From the UHGV virus genome UHGV-1353571: DNA of 16,572 bases; one strand, 5' to 3'. Below, piece by piece: positions 1 through 7,649 of this stretch (position 1 is the stretch's first letter; each line of letters begins with the position of its first letter). The notes beneath the pieces are model-generated. The model saw nothing but the letters and a program-made list of their open reading frames with translations, did no database searches and was not told the origin of the DNA. The translations under genes were made by a program, and so were the position numbers. The stretch comes from a virus.

Positions 1-60
1 TAACCTGACGCGGCGGAGAAGACTAAGCCTTTTGGGTAATATTAGCAAGACGTGATGGAA

Positions 61-86
61 AATAAAAAGCCATCCGAAGATGGCTT
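61..86 (-). terminator. Intrinsic terminator downstream of the gp32-like gene
   Basis: Seen in sequence: minus-sense stem AAGCCATC / GATGGCTT with a UUCG tetraloop, followed by a U-rich tract (TTTTATT). It starts about 5 nt after the alternative-frame stop at 92..94. UUCG-loop terminators are typical of T4-type phages. Confidence 0.6.
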
Positions 87-91
87 GTTGA

Positions 92-1101
92 TCAGTTAGA
101 CTTGAGATACTGCTCGAATTCGTCAATGGAAGCCGTGTTCTGGCATTCGGTTGAGTCTGAGCCTGCGACGGCGCGGCCTGTTGCTGTTTCAGGCTGTCTT
201 GAGCAGTTGGCTGATGTGTAGTCTGGGTACTAGGAGCATGAGCCATCGTGGCTGCACCACCTTCAACCAGAGGCTGGTCATCAGGGATTGCCAGAACTTT
301 GCGCAGGCGCTTTTCCAGGGAGTCGTAGTCTTTGAAGTTAGCCGGATTGAAGAATTCAAACAGGCTGTGCTCGCGAGACCAGACGTCTTCCATATACGCT
401 TCGTCATCACTCAGCGGGGCAGGGTTCTCCCACACCACCTTACTGAAGTTTGCCACCAGACCTTCCCAGTTCCCAAACTTCTTCTGCTCGCCAAAGAGCT
501 TCAGGTTCAGGTTGGCACCTTCCCACAGATCGAACGGATCGAATTTAGGGTCGGTTGGGAACTTAGGATTCTGCGCCTGATCCAGGATTTTCTTGATGGC
601 GTTACCAAATTCCAGCAGGAAGACCTTGCCGTTGTTTTCCGGTACGTTGACATCTTTGATCACCAGAATGTTAGCGTAGTATTTGGTGTCGGGTAGACGT
701 TTCTTCAGGATGTCCTTCAGCTTTTCGTCGTTCGTTTCTTTCTGCTGCGCCCACAGCGGACGGTCATGGTCGCGCACCGGATCGTCGTTGCCGAACGTCT
801 GAGGTGAGTTCTCAATGTACCATCCACCAGGTCCCTGGAACTGATGCTTCATGATCATGGCACAAGGGGTGAGGATCTGATCTTTATCGATCGTCCCTTC
901 TTCCTGTGCCTTGAGGTCTACCAGCGGGACTGGCAGGAAGCGGATGATGTTCTCGGAGATACCATCTTTATTCCAAGTCCATTTCCAGATGCGAGGATCC
1001 TTCTGGAAACCGGACTTCTGGCCTTGCTGTGCAAGACGCGCCTGCATAGCTTCAGTTTGCTGGCCACGGGATGCTTTCAGACGATCGAATAAATTACCCA
1101 T
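92..1101 (-). CDS. gp32: gp32-like single-stranded DNA-binding protein; the 3' end is uncertain because of an apparent frame discontinuity
   Basis: Hand translation from ATG at 1101..1099 (AGGAAA Shine-Dalgarno about 8 nt upstream) gives MGNLFDRLKASRGQQ...IRFLPVP...GWYIE...ILVIKDVNVPENNGKVFLLEFG...DLWEGANLNLKLFG...KVLAIPDD. This parallels T4 gp32 blocks recalled from memory (IRFLP, KWYIE, FVVKD, CPWEGANF, DKVLGFDD). The body frame has no stop down to position 1; another frame ends ...SIDEFEQYLKSN with TGA at 92..94 just before the terminator. The gene is missing from the ORF track because it lacks an in-frame stop inside the window. Confidence 0.75.
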
Positions 1102-1200
1102 TTCTTAATTTCCTATGTTTCCGCCCCTCAGGGCTATTCTGTTACATGTATTTTCAGTTTTCTACAAAGCGGGGTAATTATACCCCGATCTTACATTGAA
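1102..1200 (-). promoter_or_regulatory. Structured 5' leader of the gp32-like gene; candidate translational operator or terminator
   Basis: Seen in sequence: a perfect 7-bp hairpin CGGGGTA-loop-TACCCCG at 1170..1187 lies about 13 nt after the upstream gene's stop, a second short GC hairpin at 1123..1134, then an A-rich tract up to the Shine-Dalgarno. Established knowledge: T4 gene 32 autoregulates translation through a structured leader followed by an unstructured A/U-rich region. Homology of function is inference. Confidence 0.3.
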
Positions 1201-1440
1201 TTAACCTTTAAGCACTTGATTTGCTGGGTCAATTTCAATAATGTCGAACACGTCCGAAAACGTCTTCTTACCTTCGTCGTGCGTGTGATACTCAACGACG
1301 TATGAGCGACCATCAGGGGTAACGTAACGAATACGATCCGTCTGGTCGGCATGCTCGTTCAGGCTACCCACACGCCAGCGCATAGAGCCAGGAAGAAACT
1401 CGGCAGCTTTCATTGCGCTGTAAATTGATTCTTTGCTCAT
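1201..1440 (-). CDS. Hypothetical protein (79 aa)
   Basis: ORF-track ORF; ATG at 1440 with an AGG-type ribosome-binding site upstream; 8-nt gap to the upstream gene; no family recognised. Confidence 0.6.
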   Translation of the reverse strand: MSKESIYSAMKAAEFLPGSMRWRVGSLNEHADQTDRIRYVTPDGRSYVVEYHTHDEGKKTFSDVFDIIEIDPANQVLKG

Positions 1441-1447
1441 AATAGAC

Positions 1448-1693
1448 CTACACTAATTTCTTGGACTTTAGCGCGTCTTTGATCAGGCGCGCATCGGAGC
1501 ACTCAGCTGTCAGTCGTGACAACAATGGTGCTGTAATCATCTTTTTGACTTTGGTCTCGTCTATGTCGTTCTCTTCACAGACAGCTGCCAGAGTCTCAAG
1601 GATACTATCCTTGGTTTGGGCGGCGCGTAGTAGGACGATTTCAGAAAATAATTCTGGTGTCATCACAAGCGCTGGCTGTTTTTCGTCAGACAT
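1448..1693 (-). CDS. Hypothetical protein (81 aa)
   Basis: ORF-track ORF; ATG at 1693 preceded by AGGGGAA; overlaps the stop of the upstream gene by 8 nt; no family recognised. Confidence 0.6.
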   Translation of the reverse strand: MSDEKQPALVMTPELFSEIVLLRAAQTKDSILETLAAVCEENDIDETKVKKMITAPLLSRLTAECSDARLIKDALKSKKLV

Positions 1694-1931
1694 CGATTGT
1701 GTTCCCCTTACCCGAACCCTTCTTTATCGTACGCAAGACGTCCTTGAAGCCGTCTGGAGCTGATTGCGGTCCCTTCACCCCAGAGACAATCTTGGGAGCA
1801 CCCACGATCATTTTAATCTCCCCTCCGCACTCAGTGCAGGGGTTGGATTCAGGCTCATGGCGATCTGCAATAGATTTACGCAGTGTCATCGCGTTACCAC
1901 AGCCCTTGCATTGATAATCATACAGCGGCAT
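1686..1931 (-). CDS. FmdB-family zinc-ribbon protein (putative regulatory protein)
   Basis: N-terminus MPLYDYQCKGCG...NPCTECGG matches the FmdB / CxxC_CxxC_SSSS zinc-ribbon pattern (MPIYEY.C..CG ... CP.CG). GTGGGGG Shine-Dalgarno upstream of the ATG at 1931. Confidence 0.65.
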   Translation of the reverse strand: MPLYDYQCKGCGNAMTLRKSIADRHEPESNPCTECGGEIKMIVGAPKIVSGVKGPQSAPDGFKDVLRTIKKGSGKGNTIDV

Positions 1932-2232
1932 GGAAAACCCCCACGGTTGTCAGCACGAAACGTACCATAATGATAACCAGCAACATCACTGTAGAAAACA
2001 CTACACGCTTGATCATTTTATCGCGCATGTGGATGAACTGATATGAGAGGATAGCCTCGGCCTGTTGATCGGCACGAACGTTCGTGTCACGATGTGGGGA
2101 CAGTGTGTAGAAGTTGATCTGGTACACATACGCATGAACCAGAGTGAAGAACGACTTCACCCAAACCAAGACAACCACTAACAACAAAGCGAACGTCAGG
2201 AAGTTCGCCAACAACCAATAATCGACCATCAT
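1918..2232 (-). CDS. Small membrane protein with two predicted transmembrane helices (104 aa)
   Basis: Two hydrophobic stretches (WLLANFLTFALLLVVVLVWV and VVFSTVMLLVIIMVRFVLTTVGV). GAGGT ribosome-binding site upstream. The start ATG overlaps the upstream gene's TGA as ATGA, suggesting translational coupling. Confidence 0.6.
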   Translation of the reverse strand: MMVDYWLLANFLTFALLLVVVLVWVKSFFTLVHAYVYQINFYTLSPHRDTNVRADQQAEAILSYQFIHMRDKMIKRVVFSTVMLLVIIMVRFVLTTVGVFHAAV

Positions 2233-2819
2233 ATACCTCTGTTGAAGTCTGGATTATTCTCAATGAAGTAAGAGCCACAAGCCATTATCGCAAACGAATC
2301 CACGAGGTCATCGATTGGCTTGGGATCCTTAACTTCCAACATATCCATTATACCGCGCATACTAACATTGAACAGTGACTCGAAGTGAGCGATCATGGCG
2401 TGTTTATCCGCGTTGCCCTTGTCGGTGAACATCTTCTTCACATGGGATGGCGTCACGATCTGGAAGTCGAAATTGTTACGGCGCAGGGCTTGCTTCAATA
2501 GTGAGGTATTCTCTGCGGTCTGGCATATGTTGTTGGAGTTCTTAGAGTTGCCCATAGCATACCCTTCAAGAGTGATCGCATCCGGCTTCTCGGTCAACAG
2601 GACAGCCTCAGCCCATTTACAGATGTTATAGAAGCGTTCTTCTGGGGTCTCCCACTTCGGTTGCTTCATGATAAGGATGTTCTGACGAATCTGAGTGCAG
2701 TACTTCTCCACAGTATAATATGCGTAGAAGCGCAGATGATCAAAATCAAGAGGGTCTTTATCATCCCAGAAGCACAGGGATGGACAGCCATAGGAGTAGT
2801 CGATTCCGCAATATTTCAT
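2229..2819 (-). CDS. RuvC-like Holliday-junction resolvase
   Basis: Translation MKYCGIDYSYG...ITLEGYAMG...VTPSHVKKMFTDKGNADKHAM...PIDDLVDSFAIMAC aligns by eye with the E. coli RuvC blocks GIDPG (catalytic Asp), AIEQ (Glu), [21 protein letters not shown] and DAADALAIA (C-terminal Asp pair). Assignment from memory of the family. Confidence 0.65.
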   Translation of the reverse strand: MKYCGIDYSYGCPSLCFWDDKDPLDFDHLRFYAYYTVEKYCTQIRQNILIMKQPKWETPEERFYNICKWAEAVLLTEKPDAITLEGYAMGNSKNSNNICQTAENTSLLKQALRRNNFDFQIVTPSHVKKMFTDKGNADKHAMIAHFESLFNVSMRGIMDMLEVKDPKPIDDLVDSFAIMACGSYFIENNPDFNRGI

Positions 2820-2821
2820 GT

Positions 2822-2862
2822 AAATAGCCCATAACGAAGTTTCATTGGTGTATGGGCTATTT
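2822..2862 (-). promoter_or_regulatory. Perfect 12-bp inverted repeat (hairpin, 17-nt loop) immediately upstream of the RuvC-like gene start
   Basis: Seen in sequence: AAATAGCCCATA at 2822..2833 and TATGGGCTATTT at 2851..2862 are exact reverse complements. The element sits between the stop at 2871 and the ATG at 2819. Candidate terminator/attenuator or RNA processing site. Confidence 0.4.
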
Positions 2863-2870
2863 ACGCCGGG

Positions 2871-3362
2871 TTAACGGGTGATGATTTTGCTGTCAGGCAG
2901 GATCAGACCAGGGTGGTCCAGGTTCTTCTGCATCTGTTGGATACTCTGCAGGATCACGGTAGTGTCGATGTGACGTTTCACTTTGCGCGCTTCATCACCG
3001 TAGGAGATCTGCCCCTGAGGATCGATGTAGTGGGCTGTCACAACCTGCAGATCATAACCACACTTGATCAGATACTTAGCAATGTTGCTAACTTCGAGAG
3101 ACAGGGACTCACCGTCCACACCGATGTTGGCTGAGTAGACGATTACGCCATTTTCTACTGCTTTCGGTTCAAACAAAACCATACCAGCGATCGTCTGGAT
3201 CAAAGGAACTCCCTCGGTATCGAAAGCCACCTGATCGAACGCACCGATGAACTCATCCGGCACTTTACCTTCGGCATCAGAAACTGTGTGTTTCATAAGG
3301 TCCAGGACGTGTTGTTGTACTTCCTCAATCGGAGCACGTTCAACGGGTTTTTCGTTTTGCAT
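2871..3362 (-). CDS. Hypothetical protein (about 163 aa); start uncertain
   Basis: ORF-track frame 2871..3473. The preferred start is the ATG at 3362 (MQNEKPVERAP...), preceded by GGAG about 7 nt upstream, giving a 23-nt overlap with the upstream gene. In-frame alternatives at 3380 and 3473 are not excluded. No family recognised. Confidence 0.55.
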   Translation of the reverse strand: MQNEKPVERAPIEEVQQHVLDLMKHTVSDAEGKVPDEFIGAFDQVAFDTEGVPLIQTIAGMVLFEPKAVENGVIVYSANIGVDGESLSLEVSNIAKYLIKCGYDLQVVTAHYIDPQGQISYGDEARKVKRHIDTTVILQSIQQMQKNLDHPGLILPDSKIITR

Positions 3363-3864
3363 TACTTTTCTCCAGTTCATAATCGCGCTCCACAACGTAT
3401 TGGTAGACACGCATCTTAATATAGTCAGCACTGCCTGCTGAAGACAGCACCATCCATCCACTACTAAGGGCATTCATCTTATATTGACCAACACCCTCTT
3501 GAAAATAACTTTTAATCTGTTCCAGCTTTCGCACACGATGATAATACGAGATGAGTTCGCCGATGACAATACAATCCGGATAATGCTTTTCCAATGTATT
3601 GATGTTGCGGTGAACATATACGGGTAGAACTTCTTCATCGTCGATAGGGCTGTAGTATGGGTCTACGATGACCACTTGTAGACCATAACGCAGCAGGTCT
3701 TTGACACCCATCCGACAGAACTTATAATCTTCGTGTTTCATTGCCACATGGAGGATATTCTCTTTCTTGGCATAATCGGTCAGGAAGATAAAGAAGTCTG
3801 TGTTGGGATCGGGATATTGTATAGACAGTTCTTTGCCTATTTCACTAAAACAAAATCCGCGCAT
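3340..3864 (-). CDS. Hypothetical protein (about 174 aa)
   Basis: ORF-track ORF 3340..3870. The ATG at 3864 (MRGFCF...) has GAGGA at a workable 6-nt spacing; the ATG at 3870 sits too close to that Shine-Dalgarno. No P-loop or other recognised motif. Confidence 0.55.
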   Translation of the reverse strand: MRGFCFSEIGKELSIQYPDPNTDFFIFLTDYAKKENILHVAMKHEDYKFCRMGVKDLLRYGLQVVIVDPYYSPIDDEEVLPVYVHRNINTLEKHYPDCIVIGELISYYHRVRKLEQIKSYFQEGVGQYKMNALSSGWMVLSSAGSADYIKMRVYQYVVERDYELEKSNAKRKTR

Positions 3865-3913
3865 TTTCATTCCTCGTTATAATTACTCTTACAATATACC
3901 GTGGAGATACATT

Positions 3914-4720
3914 ATGAATTTACCATCATTGCCCAGAACAGAAAAGACATATAAAAGCGACTTTTGGCCTACTGTGATCAAATATCGCGCCTTTACTGCG
4001 GGGCAACAAACTTTGTTACTTCAGGTGTCAGATCCGCAAACGCCGATTGAAGAACGCGCAGCCATGATGGAGAGTCTCTTTAGCGAATGTGTAAATGCAG
4101 GTGCACCTTTCAGTAAACTGCCAATCGGCGTTGTTGAGGAAGTGTTCATCCGCATGCGCATGATCTCCATCGGTGAATTGATGAAGATTCGCTATAAGTG
4201 CAATAATCAGATTGAAGAAACGATCGATCTGGGAGATGGTCAAGAAAAGCGCCAGATGGTTCCCTGTGAGCAGGAACTGACTCTACCTATCCCGTTGAAC
4301 AACGTCAAATGCATTGCTCAGGACGGCTTCCGGGAGACGTTTGACCTGCCAGGTGGATATCACCTCAAGATGCGCCAACCTTCCTTCTCGGACGCTACGG
4401 CACTGTCTGATGCTGCAAGCGTTGAGATGATGCTGGCCACCTTTATCGACTGTCTATACGATGATGACGGTCAGGTTTGGAAGGTTGAGAATCCTGAAGA
4501 AATCGGAATCACTCCGGAAGAGGCTACTGAGCGCCGCCGTGTGAAAGAAGCGTTTGTTGAGTGGGTGAAGGATAACATCGAATCAGATGTTATTGACAGC
4601 ATTACGAAGAACTTCTTCCATAAAATACCGCGCATCCACTACAAGAGTTCGATCAAGTGTCCGAAATGTGGTAAGGAGCACAAAATCGAATTCAATAGTA
4701 TTAATGAAATTTTCATTTAA
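3914..4720 (+). CDS. Hypothetical protein (268 aa), first gene of the plus-strand late block; possibly virion/baseplate-associated by position
   Basis: Internal ATG at 3914 within ORF 3800..4720, preceded by GGAG about 8 nt upstream (MNLPSLPRTEK...). The C-terminus carries a CPKCG zinc-ribbon-like half-motif. The structural role is inferred from synteny only. Confidence 0.6.
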   Translation: MNLPSLPRTEKTYKSDFWPTVIKYRAFTAGQQTLLLQVSDPQTPIEERAAMMESLFSECVNAGAPFSKLPIGVVEEVFIRMRMISIGELMKIRYKCNNQIEETIDLGDGQEKRQMVPCEQELTLPIPLNNVKCIAQDGFRETFDLPGGYHLKMRQPSFSDATALSDAASVEMMLATFIDCLYDDDGQVWKVENPEEIGITPEEATERRRVKEAFVEWVKDNIESDVIDSITKNFFHKIPRIHYKSSIKCPKCGKEHKIEFNSINEIFI

Positions 4721-4752
4721 TGTTTGAAACTGATTTATTATCCTACTTCGTG

Positions 4753-4869
4753 ATGTGTGATGAATTGAAGTTACACGGCTATAGCATATTTGAAATCAAC
4801 GAGTCGATGCCATGGCATCTTGACTTGTTAACCGAAGCCCTCAAGGTCAGGTTGTCTAAGAAACAGTAA
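4753..4869 (+). CDS. Possible small ORF (38 aa) ending at the terminator
   Basis: ATG at 4753 through TAA at 4867..4869 (MCDELKLHGYSIFEINESMPWHLDLLTEALKVRLSKKQ). No convincing Shine-Dalgarno. The stop abuts the terminator hairpin. Low confidence. Confidence 0.25.
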   Translation: MCDELKLHGYSIFEINESMPWHLDLLTEALKVRLSKKQ

Positions 4870-4893
4870 TCCCGCTTCGGCGGGATTTTTATT
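4868..4893 (+). terminator. Intrinsic terminator (plus strand)
   Basis: Seen in sequence: stem (AA)TCCCGC / GCGGGA(TT) with a UUCG tetraloop, followed by TTTTTATT. Confidence 0.65.
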
Positions 4894-5190
4894 GGCTTAA
4901 CTGTAAAATCGGTTAACACGCACTCTCTTTACCTGAAATTGCTATAATGGGCTTGTTCCCGAGTCATTTGTTGGTGTTTGTCTGTTTTGAATCAGATTGT
5001 CAGTAAAATACCATTTTTCAAGGAGTGTTCTGGGGTGTACAGTTATTGCCTCGCCCTTATGCCTCCATGGCATTGGAATGGTGCTGCCCGCATAGGGCGG
5101 TTTGATGAGCGAAGCGAATAGGATCGAATAAAACAAATAAAATGAACGGAAGCAGAGCTTCCTATAGTATATAAGGCAAAATCAGCTGCG

Positions 5191-5198
5191 CATAAATA
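5191..5198 (+). promoter_or_regulatory. T4-late-promoter-like box CATAAATA upstream of the gp5-like gene
   Basis: Seen in sequence: CATAAATA about 35 nt upstream of the ATG at 5233, a 7/8 match to the T4 late consensus TATAAATA. Baseplate genes are late genes in T4. Inference. Confidence 0.3.
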
Positions 5199-5232
5199 CC
5201 TTCAAATCCTTGTTTGACAACCGGAACTCAAT

Positions 5233-6843
5233 ATGTTAGACAATATGAGATGGTTTTACGGCACCGTTGAAGATGTCAACGATCCAGACCAAAACGGGCG
5301 CGTCGCCGTCCGCATCTATGGCGTACACACCGACGATCCCGTCCTCCTGCCTACAGACAAACTCCCATGGGCGAAGGTACTGATGCCTGCTTCAAATGCC
5401 TCCTCTGCTGGTTTAGGTTGGTCTCCAACGGGTATCATTCCTGGTACTGAGGTTATGGGGTTCGCCCTTGACGAAGCATACCAGAATTTACGCATCACCT
5501 GGACTTGGACTGGTTCAAGTCCTACTGATGGTGCCGACACAAACCCACTGGCTCTCGGGCAGGTCGTTCAATCTGTGGAACGTCAGGCGTACAACGCCGT
5601 CACTGACGTTCCTGTGAAACAAGAAGACGAACCACAACCAGATCCACAACCACCTGTTGGCGGGTATGATCCAGAGAAGTGGATGACAATCGCTCGTGGC
5701 GAATTGGGTATCAAGGAGTATGCCGGAAAGTTCAACAACAACCCGCGCATTATAGAATATCACAAGACAACCTCCCTTGGTGCTTCTGAAGATGAAGTGT
5801 CGTGGTGTGCGGCGTTCGTGGGTTGGGTTATGATACAGGCTGGATACACGTCTACACGCTCCGCTCTTGCCCGATCTTACCTTACATGGGGCACTCCACT
5901 GTCAGCACCACAATATGGCGCTATCGTAGTCTTCCGGCGTGGTAACAACCCTACATTTGGACACGTAGCGTTTGTACAGAAGTTCGATGCAAACTATGTC
6001 TGGTGTATTGGTGGCAACCAATCCGATTCAGTGAAGGTCAGTCGTTTCAGACGTTCTTCGGTCTTGGGTTATCGTTGGCCTGGTCCTGCTAACACAGCCA
6101 CAGCCGCGCCTGCGCAGCAGAATGGTAAATGGTCAGAACCTATCCCAGATCGTACTCCAAAGGAACAACCGACTCCGGCTCCTACTGGGCGAGTACAGGA
6201 TATTGACAACACTGGAGAAACTATGGTTCCGGCTGCGGGTGGCTCCAAATACCCGTACAATAACGTCATGGTGTCCCGAGCTGGGCATATTATGGAAGTG
6301 GATGACACCCCTGGTGGTGAACGTCTTCATTGGATGCATAAGTCTGGGTCTTACAAGCAAATGTTGCCGGATGGTGATGTGGTCAACAAGTCCGTCAAAG
6401 ACCACTATGACCTGACGATGTTCAACAAGCGTTATTATGTCGGCGGGGACCACAACCTGACGGTCAAAGGAACTGAAGTTCAGCGCAAGACAGGTGAGGT
6501 CTATCATTTGCATTCCAACAATTACTCCAACGTGGTTGCGGGCACAGCGCTGATGAAATTCAGTGACTTGGCGGAAATGCAAGCGCAGAATATTCTGCGC
6601 ATTATCTGCGAGACTCTGGAGGTCGGTGGGACATTGAAGGTTCCTAAGATTCTAACGACTGAGATAATCGCTGACAAACTGACTGTCGCTCAGACGATCA
6701 ATGGTAACATCATATATGCCGAAGGTGCTGGTCGCGCTTCTTCTCTGTCAGGTGCAACTCCTGCATCCCCTACGGGTCCGGGTGAGATTGACATCAAGGC
6801 AGAATTAAAAGACAATGGTGGTAATTTCGGCACCAAAGAGTAA
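5233..6843 (+). CDS. gp5: gp5-like baseplate central spike protein with an internal CHAP/NlpC-P60-type cell-wall peptidase domain
   Basis: The N-terminus (WFYGTVEDVNDPDQNGRVAVRIYGVHTDD...LPWAKV) resembles the T4 gp5 N-terminal OB domain. The central domain has the CHAP-type catalytic Cys/His context (SWCAAFVGW ... GHVAFV ... IGGNQSD). The C-terminal roughly 220 aa is unassigned. No T4-type lysozyme motif seen. Confidence 0.7.
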   Translation: MLDNMRWFYGTVEDVNDPDQNGRVAVRIYGVHTDDPVLLPTDKLPWAKVLMPASNASSAGLGWSPTGIIPGTEVMGFALDEAYQNLRITWTWTGSSPTDGADTNPLALGQVVQSVERQAYNAVTDVPVKQEDEPQPDPQPPVGGYDPEKWMTIARGELGIKEYAGKFNNNPRIIEYHKTTSLGASEDEVSWCAAFVGWVMIQAGYTSTRSALARSYLTWGTPLSAPQYGAIVVFRRGNNPTFGHVAFVQKFDANYVWCIGGNQSDSVKVSRFRRSSVLGYRWPGPANTATAAPAQQNGKWSEPIPDRTPKEQPTPAPTGRVQDIDNTGETMVPAAGGSKYPYNNVMVSRAGHIMEVDDTPGGERLHWMHKSGSYKQMLPDGDVVNKSVKDHYDLTMFNKRYYVGGDHNLTVKGTEVQRKTGEVYHLHSNNYSNVVAGTALMKFSDLAEMQAQNILRIICETLEVGGTLKVPKILTTEIIADKLTVAQTINGNIIYAEGAGRASSLSGATPASPTGPGEIDIKAELKDNGGNFGTKE

Positions 6844-6916
6844 GTTGGTATAAGTTTAGTGGCAGAGGGACAGCACGTCTCTCTGCTCCTTATAGGCATC
6901 CTGAGAGGATCGCGAA

Positions 6917-7297
6917 ATGAAAGAGTATAAAGATGTCGATCTGAAGTTCGGCATGCATCCAGTGACCAAAGATGTCACCATGAAATCAGGTGTGTATGCT
7001 GTCTTACAATCCGTGCGGAATATTGTTATGTCTTCAGTCGGGGACTGGCCCACTTATCCTGGGATCGGCGCGGGGCTTTATGGGCTGCTGGGTGAAAACA
7101 CGACACCGACTATCCAGGTAGATGTGAAGAACAAAGTAGAGGACGCCATCGCCCTGTATGAACCCAGAGCAGAGGTAGAAGAAGTCACGGTGAGTCTGTC
7201 AGAGGATTACCATTCTCTGGGCGTGACCATCACATTCTATGTGGTCAACAATCCAGATCCAATAACAGACACCGTGTGGTTGAAAAGGACGAATTAG
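6917..7297 (+). CDS. gp25: gp25-like baseplate wedge protein
   Basis: Translation ...GENTTPTIQVDVKNKVEDAIALYEPRAEVEEVTV...TFYVVNNPDPITDTVWL parallels T4 gp25 (...ENMTPLTADTVERNIESAVRNYEPRIDKLAVNV...RFSVIDNPDDIEQIKL). GAGAGGA Shine-Dalgarno about 7 nt upstream of the ATG. Confidence 0.75.
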   Translation: MKEYKDVDLKFGMHPVTKDVTMKSGVYAVLQSVRNIVMSSVGDWPTYPGIGAGLYGLLGENTTPTIQVDVKNKVEDAIALYEPRAEVEEVTVSLSEDYHSLGVTITFYVVNNPDPITDTVWLKRTN

Positions 7298-7644
7298 AGT
7301 TTCGTCCTGAATGCCGGAGCCACGACTAACATGAAGTGGCTCAATAACCTGAACATTTCTTTGCCGTTGAAGTGGTAGAGGATAATCATCGGCCTGACGT
7401 CAACCACTGATCCCTCCAGCTTCTTGTTCAACACAAATCTGGAACCCACACTGACCTGTCCGCGCTCTTCGTCTCCTGGTTTGTCGTAGACCACGCAACT
7501 GGTGGCATAACCGATTTGAGATCCATCCTCAGACCGCAAAGGCAGCATATGCCCTTCAGACATCAGATGATGCAGGTTTTGGTATAAACCTTTGTCTGGT
7601 ATGGGGACTGCCAGCTGCATTCTCAACTCTTTGTAATCTTGCAT
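7294..7644 (-). CDS. Hypothetical protein (116 aa)
   Basis: ORF-track ORF; GGAG about 8 nt upstream of the ATG at 7644. Its stop overlaps the gp25 stop on the opposite strand (TTAG). No family recognised. Confidence 0.5.
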   Translation of the reverse strand: MQDYKELRMQLAVPIPDKGLYQNLHHLMSEGHMLPLRSEDGSQIGYATSCVVYDKPGDEERGQVSVGSRFVLNKKLEGSVVDVRPMIILYHFNGKEMFRLLSHFMLVVAPAFRTKL

Positions 7645-7649
7645 GAGGA

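Noticed and set aside
151-1108. Plus-strand ORFs 151..696, 844..1092 and 911..1108 from the ORF track
   Set aside because: They are antisense to the gp32-like gene, which has a strong ribosome-binding site and clear homology blocks. ORF 151..696 is the exact in-phase antisense shadow and starts with TTG.
2087-2278. Minus-strand 63-aa ORF overlapping the membrane-protein gene
   Set aside because: Out of frame with and nested in the better-supported 1918..2232 ORF, and spans the junction with the RuvC-like gene.
2871-3870. The two overlapping hypothetical ORFs as halves of one frameshifted gene (for example a two-domain glycosyltransferase)
   Set aside because: Each has its own plausible Shine-Dalgarno and start, and a 23-nt overlap is normal for T4-like operons. 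Nothing in the sequences supports a single fold, so I kept them as separate genes.
4942-5136. Minus-strand 64-aa ORF in the long intergenic region
   Set aside because: No ribosome-binding site, lies in a region with terminator and promoter-like elements for plus-strand genes, and has no recognisable motif. Probably spurious, though not excluded.
4894-5232. tRNA gene or CRISPR array in the long intergenic region
   Set aside because: No T-loop or D-loop consensus and no acceptor-stem pairing found by eye. No direct repeats with regular spacing anywhere in the window.
5316-6582. Minus-strand ORFs 5316..5540, 5515..5763, 6069..6308 and 6133..6582, and plus-strand ORF 6122..6415
   Set aside because: All lie within, and are out of frame with or antisense to, the gp5-like gene.
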